Assembly (NCBI GenBank): GCA_051294375.1
Contig: JBJCIZ010000296.1
Span: forward strand, 1-12,428
Source of the DNA: Paraspadella gotoi
Taxonomy: Eukaryota > Animalia > Chaetognatha
DNA length: 12,428 nucleotides
Direction of reading: 5' to 3'
The notes below the pieces were generated by a model. That model was not told the origin of the DNA, searched no databases, and worked only from the letters and a program-made list of their open reading frames with translations. Shown piece after piece: positions 1 to 8,302 of the stretch. The translations under genes and the position numbers were made by a program. Position 1 is the stretch's first letter. Each line of letters opens with the position of its first letter.

Positions 1-46
1 ACTCTACGCTCGATAGTTTGCTAGTTTCAGTACATTAGAAGTCTTC

Positions 47-54
47 TATAAAAG
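47..54 (+). promoter_or_regulatory. TATA-box-like motif
   Basis: TATAAAAG matches the TATA consensus, and an Inr-like TCAGT lies upstream at 27-31. That order is wrong for a single core promoter, so function is uncertain. Confidence 0.25.
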
Positions 55-95
55 GATTCGTCAAAGGCTCGAAGCGGATCTATGAAGACTCTCTA

Positions 96-103
96 TGGTG
101 GCA
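96..103 (+). other. Weak primer-binding-site candidate
   Basis: TGGTGGCA is complementary to the last 8 nt of eukaryotic tRNA-Leu ending UGCCA-CCA. The match stops at 8 nt, and it is preceded by TA rather than CA. Confidence 0.2.
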
Positions 104-314
104 ATTTGTTCGCAAGAAAGCCACAGGAACCACGGTGGTCGTCTCTACGGATTCGACACGAACTAACGATTTCGAAACGAGCGAATTTGGCCAACGCTAC
201 GCCGAACGTAAATCTTCGGTGCCGTTATTAACGACGCTTAGTGGATAGCACCTGTTCAGCTTTTGTGATTCCACGGAAGATTCGGACTGTCACGTCGGGC
301 TTGAATCGGTTCAA

Positions 315-704
315 GTAAGTGAAGACGTGGCCCTCTTCGAAGTTTTGTGCCTAATGAAGTTGAAGTCCGGTTTTAGTTTGTCAGAACGTCAACGTCTTTT
401 CGACTATGTAATGAATGGAAAGTTGCATGACTGAGAAGTTTTCCCGTGATTTTGAGAGCGTATTAACAATCTAAACGTTTCAAATAGGATCAAGTTGACG
501 TGAAGCGCCACCAATAACGCCCGTTGGAAACCTCGTTAATTACGTCTACCGCCATAAGTGCTTGGACTTCCCCGGTTGACGGCAGATCATTGACTTCGGT
601 AATTGTGATTAAGACGACGATTAAATTTGGCGCTTCAGATTTCGAATGAGATTTGTACGGAACGAGTCTAACCAACGGCCCGTCTAACTTTTCCCCTTTC
701 CCAG
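315..704 (+). other. Putative spliceosomal intron in the 5' leader (390 nt)
   Basis: Donor GTAAGT 315-320; branch-like CTAAC 684-688; pyrimidine tract TTTTCCCCTTTCC; CAG ending 704. The next ATG downstream is the gag start. Confidence 0.6.
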
Positions 705-747
705 TTCTGCCGATTTACCAAAGATAAGCAACCTCTTCGTCACGACA

Positions 748-3678
748 ATGGCTATGAATTTCCCTAATAGCCGTACTCTTGCTGAGTGTTTACTGATTCT
801 CGAGGACTTTAAGATCGCTGATGCTGTGGAAGCACATCAAGAGTCTTGGGATCGGGCTAAAGCCGCTCCTCATCTGGCAAATATCGCGACCGCCAACGCT
901 GATCGAGGCCATCTTAAAGTTTTGGCCGATAAGGTCAGGGCCGTGCAAGCTAGAGGTCCTTGGGAGGATGAGGCGATGGATCTGATGACGGGAGTTCTTG
1001 AACGCCTTCACAATGCAGTAAGAGAACGTCGTGCTCTTAATTCACGTGCGGGCAGTTATACTACTGCTTCGACGACATCGGAAGTTTCGTCGATAGGACA
1101 GAAGAGCCGGCGATTTGGAGCCTCGTCAATTTCGGAGCGGTCGGTAGATCAACCGCGTCTCCGTTTAGTCTCGTCGCAACCAGCGTCGCAACCTTCTCGT
1201 CCCCGTTACACCTTTGTGCCTCCTTCTCCATCAGACATTAAAGAAGAAACTAACGAGGAAGATCTTACGCTTCCAGAACCCGCCGAAAATAAAGGAGTTG
1301 ACGAGGAAACTGGCGCGATATTTCAACTCGTCGGTCGACCTCGTGCTTCAATACCAACTCCAGCCTTAGAACCAATGGGCATAGTAGACACTCCTGACGT
1401 TCTCTTTCCCGGGACGATTTCACCTTCGGGCGAATTATCGGAAAATCGTCGTGATTTGGAAGAAAACTCGGTCCTGCCTCTCTCTGCTGCCGCAGCAGCA
1501 CCTGTAGAGACCGCGCTGAGTGCTTCAAATGAAGACATGCCCGGATCTTCTCCCGCGATTTCTCAATTAGAAATAGCAGAGAGCGTTCATAGCGGACTAC
1601 AAACTGTAAATGCTCTCCAGGAAGAAGCAAAGAGAAAACGACAAGAAGTAGAGTGTAAGCTGTTAGAGGAAGCATCTCTCGTTGAATCAATTCTTTCGGC
1701 TGAAAAGGAGAAGATAGCTGCGTTCGAATCAGAAGCTACCAAAGTTTTGTGCAATACTTTGGCGGCTTTAGATCAGTCGTACGAGGAACAGAGGCAAGAA
1801 TTAGAGAGAAGAAGAAGTGAAATTCAAGCATCACTCGATAGAGTTTTCGGCCACGACAGGATGAATCCAGCGCCGCCTTCAGCTGTGGACGCCAGCCGAG
1901 TGCAAAGTTGGGTAGAAGCTCAACAACTCTCCCCCTGTTTAGAGCCATCCCTCCGAGATCTCTTGAGGATAGCTACACCACCATTGACTCCTCCTCCGGC
2001 TTACCAAGTGGTAATGCAGCATGAAGAACGGGCGGCAATAAAGAACGCCGCGGGCGCTACGACAACATNNNNNNNNNNNNCAGGCGTCGTTGTTTCTTCA
2101 GCTCCGGTGACGACGTCGGTAGTGGCCATTTCAACGATTCCAATGGCCGCGCCAACGTTTCCGGATGGGAGGACCTTTCGTGACGTAATAAGGGATTTAG
2201 AAACGTCACGAATTCGAAATATGGGTGATACGACGCCAAAAGTGGTTTTTTCGAATCATCCAAGTGTCGCTGGATCAGGCGCTCCAGTTTCGTCGCCTTT
2301 AAGAGCGGCGGCGCCGATTTTCGTTCCAGGGGCTGGTGGTATATCCCAACCTCCGGTTCCTGCCCCCGTTCCCTTTCCTCCCCCCACCCCATTTACCAAN
2401 NNNNNNNNNCATCCCCCTCCAGTGTCTGTCCCTCCCCCTATTTTAAATCCCCACCCAATTCTTCCCCCAGCTTCCCACCCAATTGCCCCCCATGTTACTC
2501 CCCATGTAATTGCTCCTACTGTTGCTGCGGGGGGGTTATTTGATATTCAGGCTCAAACCCTAGCGTTCCAAATGCTGCAGCAGTGTCGCCCGAAGAAAAA
2601 AGTTGATGAAAAAGCGACACGATTGGACTTCGAGCGACAACTTCGTGACTTTGTTAGTAGCGTGATGATGTTGGCATCGGCTACGGACATCATGAAGTTA
2701 AAGGAGCTTCCCCATTGGTTTGACGGCCTTCCCAAGCGGACGGTGGAAAGATATACGTCTCGACCGGACGCTGCCGTCGCCCTCAACGAGTGTGTTACTA
2801 TGTTGAGAAAAAAGTGGGGAATGAAGAGATCAACGGCCGACGAAATGCTCGAGCAGGTCCTGGGCGGTCCGAAGTTGGATCGAAAGGATGCCGCAGGTCA
2901 CCATTCTCTGCTGATCACGCTTCAACAAATCTTTGATCTGGCGCGAGATACGGGCAGAGTGATGGACCTCGATCGATCTGCCGTCATGCTGGATTTGCTG
3001 ACAAAAAGAATGCCGCATCTCTCAGATAAGTGGACTAAAAAGGTGGTCATGTTTAGACAGAATCACCCTTGGCATATGGATTTGAGTTTTTCTGATTTTC
3101 TTGATTTTCTAGCAATTAATCAGGAAGTTCTTGATTTCAGACCCCCGGCTTCAACATCAAAGGTTCCGTCGACGGAGAAGAAGAAGGACGCGGCTAAGGT
3201 TAATGCCGTGGCAGCTGGAGCAACTGAAACCGGAACGAGGAAAAAGACGGTATCTGCTGCCACTGCTTCCGTTGTTAAAAACTTAACGAAGGGATCCTCT
3301 CCTCTTTCGAAGGGCCAGTCGGGAAGTGCTTCTTCTAGACCGCCTTGTCCACAGTGTGAAGGACCGCATCAATTGCGCGCTTGCGATAAGTTTCAACGAG
3401 CGTCGCCCACGCAGCGTAGGCAATTAGCGGTGTCGGGTAACCGCTGTTTTAACTGTTTGGGAAGTGGTCACCTTATAAGTCAATGTCCTTCCTCGGAAGC
3501 GAGGTGTTTCTGCGGTGGAAAACATCACCCTCTTTTGCATAGAGAAGGCGGATCCGGTGCCGTCAAAGGGAGGGGGACCGCGGGTACAGGGGCTGCGACC
3601 GCTAAGGTTAACAGCGGAAAAATGTCTTCGCCAGTTGCGGATGAAGCAGGTTCCGCGACACAGCCGAAGACTGCATGA
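748..3678 (+). CDS. gag: Gag polyprotein (976 aa): long low-complexity, coiled-coil and Pro-rich N-terminal part, helical capsid-like region, three C-terminal zinc knuckles
   Basis: ATG in strong context (acaATGg). Knuckles CPQCEGPHQLRAC, CFNCLGSGHLISQC and CFCGGKHHPLLH at 3346-3540 match the Bel/Pao Gag pattern. Confidence 0.92.
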   Translation: MAMNFPNSRTLAECLLILEDFKIADAVEAHQESWDRAKAAPHLANIATANADRGHLKVLADKVRAVQARGPWEDEAMDLMTGVLERLHNAVRERRALNSRAGSYTTASTTSEVSSIGQKSRRFGASSISERSVDQPRLRLVSSQPASQPSRPRYTFVPPSPSDIKEETNEEDLTLPEPAENKGVDEETGAIFQLVGRPRASIPTPALEPMGIVDTPDVLFPGTISPSGELSENRRDLEENSVLPLSAAAAAPVETALSASNEDMPGSSPAISQLEIAESVHSGLQTVNALQEEAKRKRQEVECKLLEEASLVESILSAEKEKIAAFESEATKVLCNTLAALDQSYEEQRQELERRRSEIQASLDRVFGHDRMNPAPPSAVDASRVQSWVEAQQLSPCLEPSLRDLLRIATPPLTPPPAYQVVMQHEERAAIKNAAGATTTXXXXXGVVVSSAPVTTSVVAISTIPMAAPTFPDGRTFRDVIRDLETSRIRNMGDTTPKVVFSNHPSVAGSGAPVSSPLRAAAPIFVPGAGGISQPPVPAPVPFPPPTPFTXXXXHPPPVSVPPPILNPHPILPPASHPIAPHVTPHVIAPTVAAGGLFDIQAQTLAFQMLQQCRPKKKVDEKATRLDFERQLRDFVSSVMMLASATDIMKLKELPHWFDGLPKRTVERYTSRPDAAVALNECVTMLRKKWGMKRSTADEMLEQVLGGPKLDRKDAAGHHSLLITLQQIFDLARDTGRVMDLDRSAVMLDLLTKRMPHLSDKWTKKVVMFRQNHPWHMDLSFSDFLDFLAINQEVLDFRPPASTSKVPSTEKKKDAAKVNAVAAGATETGTRKKTVSAATASVVKNLTKGSSPLSKGQSGSASSRPPCPQCEGPHQLRACDKFQRASPTQRRQLAVSGNRCFNCLGSGHLISQCPSSEARCFCGGKHHPLLHREGGSGAVKGRGTAGTGAATAKVNSGKMSSPVADEAGSATQPKTA

Positions 3679-3722
3679 CTATGCCGGGTAACGTCTGGAG
3701 CGGGGCACGTTTACCGCCCGGT
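3676..3722 (+). promoter_or_regulatory. Candidate stop-codon readthrough signal (UGA-CUA plus 3' stem-loop) joining gag and pol
   Basis: GCA TGA CTA TGC; the same frame stays open into the protease (LCRVTSGAGHVYRPVVPINIVV...AMLDSGS). Pairings GCCGG 3683-3687 / CCGGT 3718-3722 and GTAACGT 3688-3694 / ACGTTTAC 3707-3714. Confidence 0.7.
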
Positions 3723-4055
3723 CGTGCCAATCAACATTGTCGTCAACCGGAGGCGATATGGGACTTGGGCGATGCTCGATTCGGGAAGCAACAAATGTGT
3801 AATTAGTATCGACCTCGCCAAGAAGTTGAAAATACCGGTTAGTTATGTTAATTTGAAATTAATGACGCTCGGATCGGAATCGACGCTTCCCAGGCCGATG
3901 GTGGAGAATCTTTCGGTGGAATCGGTCGACGGCGCTCTTCAATTGGAAATGAAGGATGTACTCGCCGCCGATATCCTTACTTCAGAGGACGATTTGCCGC
4001 CGACGGAGCAAGAAATTGCCTCGTTCTCTCACCTGTCTGACGTCGTTATAGCAGT
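3679..4055 (+). CDS. pol: pol part 1: retroviral-type aspartic protease (in frame with gag after the TGA)
   Basis: Active-site AMLDSGSNKCVIS (DSG at 3778-3786). Homology-like sequence runs to HLSDVVIA, then continues in the -1 frame at about 4056. Confidence 0.88.
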
Positions 4056-6424
4056 CTTCCTTCAAGTGAAATTGGGTTTATTCTTTCTGCGGAGTATACC
4101 TGGACTTGGGAGACTGGAGAGGTTCGTCGCGGAAGGAAGGACGCTCCCGTTGCTTTCCTAACAGAATGGGGGTGGACTATAGGTGGTCCGCGCGGTCAAG
4201 GAACACCGCCTTCTGCGGCTTCTCAAGTATCCTGCTATCGTATTTCGGTCGATAACGAGGAGTTAAGTCGGGACGTGCAGCGTTTGTTTGAAGCAGATTT
4301 TGTTCCGGCGCCGTCGGCGAAGGTTTGTCCGAGCGTGCAGGACGAATACGCGATGGAACAACTCGAATCGACAATTTCGTTTGACGAAGAGATCGGACAT
4401 TGGCGGGTTGGGTTGCCTTGGAAGAATGGTAGGGAAAGGGCGGCTGAGGTCCTGAATCGATGTGATTCGTCGGGTATGGCTCGGAATAGACTCCTCAAAG
4501 CACGGGCAAGAATGCGGCGGGAGCCGCTTCGTNNNNNNNNNNTTTTCAAACAATTTCGGGAGATTATCGACGAGGGTCACGCTATTCGGGTGGAGGATCC
4601 GGCTGTTCCCCCATTTCTTCCTATGTGGACTTTGCCTACTCACATTGCGACTCGCGTTGACAAACCTGGTAAATATCGTGTTTGTCATGACGCGAAGGCC
4701 CCCGTCGATGGATGTTGCCTCAATGATGAACTTCTTACGGGACCCGATCTGATGAATAATCTCGTTGGAGTTCTTATCCGATTCCGTCGGCACCGTGTTT
4801 CCTTGGATTCCGATGTACGGGGGTTCTTTCATCAATGTTTCGTCGATGAACGCGACCGTCATGTTTTCCGTTTTTGGTGGTTCGCCGATGAATCGATGAC
4901 GGAATTGGTTCTTTGGGAGATGATCGTGCATATATTTGGAGCGAAATCTTCACCTACGTGCGCCAGCTTTATCCTTCAACATCATGGTCGTATGCTGAGG
5001 GGGAAGGTTCCACCTGATGTCGCTGACGCCATTATCAACGAATTCTATGTGGACAATCTTCTGCTCTCGACGCCATCGGTGGAGTCGGCGAGAGCTCTCC
5101 GGGTTGGCATCACGAAGGCTATGGCCAGCGGTGGTTTTGATTTGGTGTGCTGGAGGTCATCTCACAAAGAAGCCTTGGAGGACGGTACCCCGGGTGTGGA
5201 GAAGGAATGGGACGACATTAAAATGTTTAGCGATGAAACAGAAAGTTGGGAAAAAATTCTAGGGGTATGTTATTGCTTTGCTCGTGATATTTTCTCGTTT
5301 ACGATTAATAAATCTAAATTAGAGGGAGCGATCACTACCCGTCGGCGAGTTTTGTCGCTAACCGCATCTCTTTTCGATCCGTTGGGCTTTATTGCACCCT
5401 TCGTTTTACGAGGTAGGGACATCTTTCAGAGGGCGACGAAAGAAAACCCTTCGTGGGACGAACCGATTTCGAAAGAGATTCTCGCCGAGATTACCGAGTG
5501 GCGGGATGAGGTTTATAACCTTACTTCCATCGAAATTCCTAGATGGATCGCGACGCCGGATACGACTGATTTCCCGCCTGAACTCCATTTCTTTTGTGAT
5601 GCCTCAAAGACTGGTTATGGCGTTGTCGTCTATCGTCGCGTGGAGGCGGGGGAAAATATACACGCTGCTTTCATTCTTGGAAAGTCTCGCGTGGTTCCTT
5701 TGTCTTCCAGTAAGTGTTCTCATCATGATTCAATTCCGCGTTTAGAGTTAACTGCAGCGAAATTGGCCGCCGAAATTAGGTTATTCCTTATCGATCAAAT
5801 GCGTGAACCATTTACTAGATTTGTTATGTGGACAGATTCGCATAATGTCATTAAACAGATTAGGGATGAAAAATCGCGTTTTATTCCTTTCTTTAAACAT
5901 AGACTGTCTAGGATTCGCGAAATATCTGATGTTAAGGAATGGAGATATGTCCCTACAGCCGATAATCCGGCTGATATTGCGAGTAGGGGCCTATCTTCAA
6001 AGAATGCGGCTGGTTGGGACAAATATCATCAGGGTCCGAAGTTTCTTCGTCTTCGTGAGGATCAATGGCCGTCGCAACATTCTTTGATCTCTCGGAAGAA
6101 GGAAGATCNNNNNNNNNNGGTGACGGAGAAGGTCACCGCTGCGGCGATCGCGACCTTGTCGGTTGATCCCGGCTTCCGAGCCAAATTCGAAGTGGATTCG
6201 TGGATGTACCGGTATGCTTTGAAATTTGACTCTTTCCTTCAAGCTTTGTATAAAATTGCGTTTGCCCAGCGCGTGTTTGAGACCTTTGTAAAATACAAAA
6301 TTTCGACCAGCAAATTGCGATTTTCGGTTTACCCACGAGTTAAATTGATCGATATTTCTTTGATCGAAATTCGTCTCGTAAAATATTTGCAATATAAATA
6401 TTTCGGTTTAGAGCTTGAATATCT
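4056..6424 (+). CDS. pol: pol part 2: end of protease region, reverse transcriptase and RNase H (Pao type)
   Basis: Frame open from 4041 (LPSSEIGFIL...AFLTEWGWTIGGP). RT motifs KYRVCHDA, DSDVRGFFHQ, HIFGAKSSP and YVDN (5046-5057). RNase H motifs HFFCDASKTGYG, PRLELTAA, WTDS and NPADIASRG. Confidence 0.93.
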
Positions 6425-7729
6425 TTGTACCATAATGTTTCGTCTCCTCAACTTCGTCGGGAACTGACGAAAAAAGATTCGTCCCTTCGAAAGTTGTCTC
6501 CGTTCGTCGACAGCGGGGGGATAATGCGAGTTGGCGGTCGTTTAGAACGATCCTCCTCGCTTTCCTATGGTGAGAAATATCCAATAATCCTGNNNNNNNN
6601 NNATTCAATAGTACGCGCGTTAATCCGAGACGTCCATAAGTCAGAGGGTCATGCGGGTGTGGAGCACGTCTTCAGCGAGCTAAGGCGTAAGTGGTGGATT
6701 CTTCGAGCACGTCAAGCAGTTCGTCGGGTCACTACAAAATGCGTCTACTGTCAGAAGATGTATAAAGCACCAGAAACTCAAAAGATGGCGCCCATCCCGG
6801 AGTTTAGAAGTAAGATCGGTCCTCCATTTTCGAATGTCGGCGTCGATGCTCTAGGCCCGTTCGAAGTAAAAATCGGACGCGCTCGGCATAAACGTTGGGT
6901 GCTGCTCTTTACTTGCTTACAAACCCGTGCAGTTCATCTCGAAGAACTTTTTTCCTTGTCGACTTCATCGTTTATTAGTGCTTTGTGCTGTGCTAAGGAA
7001 CGACGACCAGGGATGCGGCATCTATATAGTGATAACGCAACTAATTTTAGAGGTGCCGATAAAGTTTTGCGCAATTCAATTAAGGAATNNNNNNNNNNTA
7101 AAAACGACAAAGAATTCTTGTGCCATGGCTTTGATTGGGATTTTGCTCCTCCGTCCGCTCCTCATTACGGAGGCGTTTGGGAAAGAATGGTCCGATCCGT
7201 TAAGAGACATCTCTATGCTTTGTTAGGTGATCGTCCGCTTTCGATGGAGACTTTTCGCGCTGTCATCATCGGAGCTGAAGGGGTCGTTAACCGTCGTCCT
7301 CTGACGAGAGTATCTCCCGATGCCAAGGACCTTAACGCTCTCACTCCAGCTGGGATCCTCTATCCAGGAGTTCACCATTTAAACGGGACGGTAGTATTAC
7401 CACCATCGCCACCGTCAGGTGATTCATTGCGTCAAGAGTATAAGCAAGCATGGGACCTTGTAGCTCAGTTTCATCGCCGCTTTCTCCGTGATTATTTGCC
7501 TAATCTCCAGCGCCGCGAACGCTGGACTAAGACGCAGCCTAATTTAGAACCCGGCCAACTCGTTCTGATTGTCGACGAAACCAAGGCGAGGAATGAGTGG
7601 AGGCTAGGAGTGATCGAGAGCGTGCATGGTGATGCAACTCACATTAGACGCGCATTTGTGAGAATTGCTAATGGAAAGATTTTCGAGCGTGATCGGAACC
7701 ACCTTGTTCGGCTTGAATTAGACGGGTGA
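6425..7729 (+). CDS. pol: pol part 3: integrase (HHCC zinc finger, DDE core, Pao-type C-terminal domain)
   Basis: LSPFVDSGGIMRVGGRL; H-x3-GH...CVYC; VGVDALGPF (D 6845), YSDNATNF (D 7031), GGVWERMV (E 7181); VNRRPLT; YLPNLQRRERW; WRLGVI. Joined to part 2 by a -1 shift at about 6419-6426. Confidence 0.93.
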   Translation: MYHNVSSPQLRRELTKKDSSLRKLSPFVDSGGIMRVGGRLERSSSLSYGEKYPIILXXXXSIVRALIRDVHKSEGHAGVEHVFSELRRKWWILRARQAVRRVTTKCVYCQKMYKAPETQKMAPIPEFRSKIGPPFSNVGVDALGPFEVKIGRARHKRWVLLFTCLQTRAVHLEELFSLSTSSFISALCCAKERRPGMRHLYSDNATNFRGADKVLRNSIKEXXXXKNDKEFLCHGFDWDFAPPSAPHYGGVWERMVRSVKRHLYALLGDRPLSMETFRAVIIGAEGVVNRRPLTRVSPDAKDLNALTPAGILYPGVHHLNGTVVLPPSPPSGDSLRQEYKQAWDLVAQFHRRFLRDYLPNLQRRERWTKTQPNLEPGQLVLIVDETKARNEWRLGVIESVHGDATHIRRAFVRIANGKIFERDRNHLVRLELDG

Positions 7730-8200
7730 AAATTTAAAGTATTAAAGAGTAACCTGTCTCGTAAAATATTTGATCATCGACTCGTTAAAAATTGATGCTT
7801 TGATGAAATAATATATTTACGTTCTTTCCATGTCATCGTGTTTAATCGATTTCCTGTTTTTCGAGACCGACCGCTAAATAATACATTTTTCTTTATCAAT
7901 TTTCGTGTGTCATTGTTGTGGTCGTAAAAACAAAATTAGCCATGGAAAAATCTTTGACGACAGTTGATCAATTTGATTTAAATAGTTTGATTAAATATTT
8001 TCTCTTTTCTTTCAGATAAATTAGGAAGGATAAATTTGTTTAAGGAATTGATCAGTTTATAATGTTCGTTAATGTCTTTTTTCCCATTCAGAAAATTGAT
8101 TAAATAATGTGGGTTAGATTCGCGATCTTGTTATTTACTCGGAAAATAAAAATTTTAATTTGGTTTTTGATGATATAATGTAGTAAATAAATTTGCTTCA

Positions 8201-8238
8201 TTGCTTCTTTTTCCTTTTCGAGGTTGTGTAACTCCCAG
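8201..8238 (+). promoter_or_regulatory. Candidate splice acceptor(s) for an ORF3 subgenomic mRNA
   Basis: Pyrimidine tract TTGCTTCTTTTTCCTTTTC followed by AG at 8221-8222 and CCCAG ending 8238; no ATG between these and 8303. Further acceptor-like sites end at 8015 and 8091. Confidence 0.45.
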
Positions 8239-8302
8239 CTGCCACGAGAACTTTATACGATACGCCCCTATTCGAAAGTCTACGTGGCCACAACTTAATA
8301 AC

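Noticed and set aside
11-20. 10-nt inverted match to CAAACTATCG at 11693-11702, a possible terminal inverted repeat
   Set aside because: Not at the 3' terminus, overlaps the candidate TSD, and is plausible by chance.
24-38. GTTTCAGTACATTAG matches GTTTCAGTAAATTAG at 10933-10947 (14 of 15), a possible LTR or R remnant
   Set aside because: The similarity does not extend on either side and is far from the poly(A) junction; too short to call an LTR.
3724-4161. Stand-alone 145-aa protease gene starting at GTG
   Set aside because: It is in frame with gag across a single TGA, and its last ~35 residues are out-of-frame sequence after the break near 4056.
4263-4931. 222-aa antisense ORF and other short overlapping ORFs across gag, pol and ORF3
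   Set aside because: Shadow frames of real coding sequence with no recognisable motifs.
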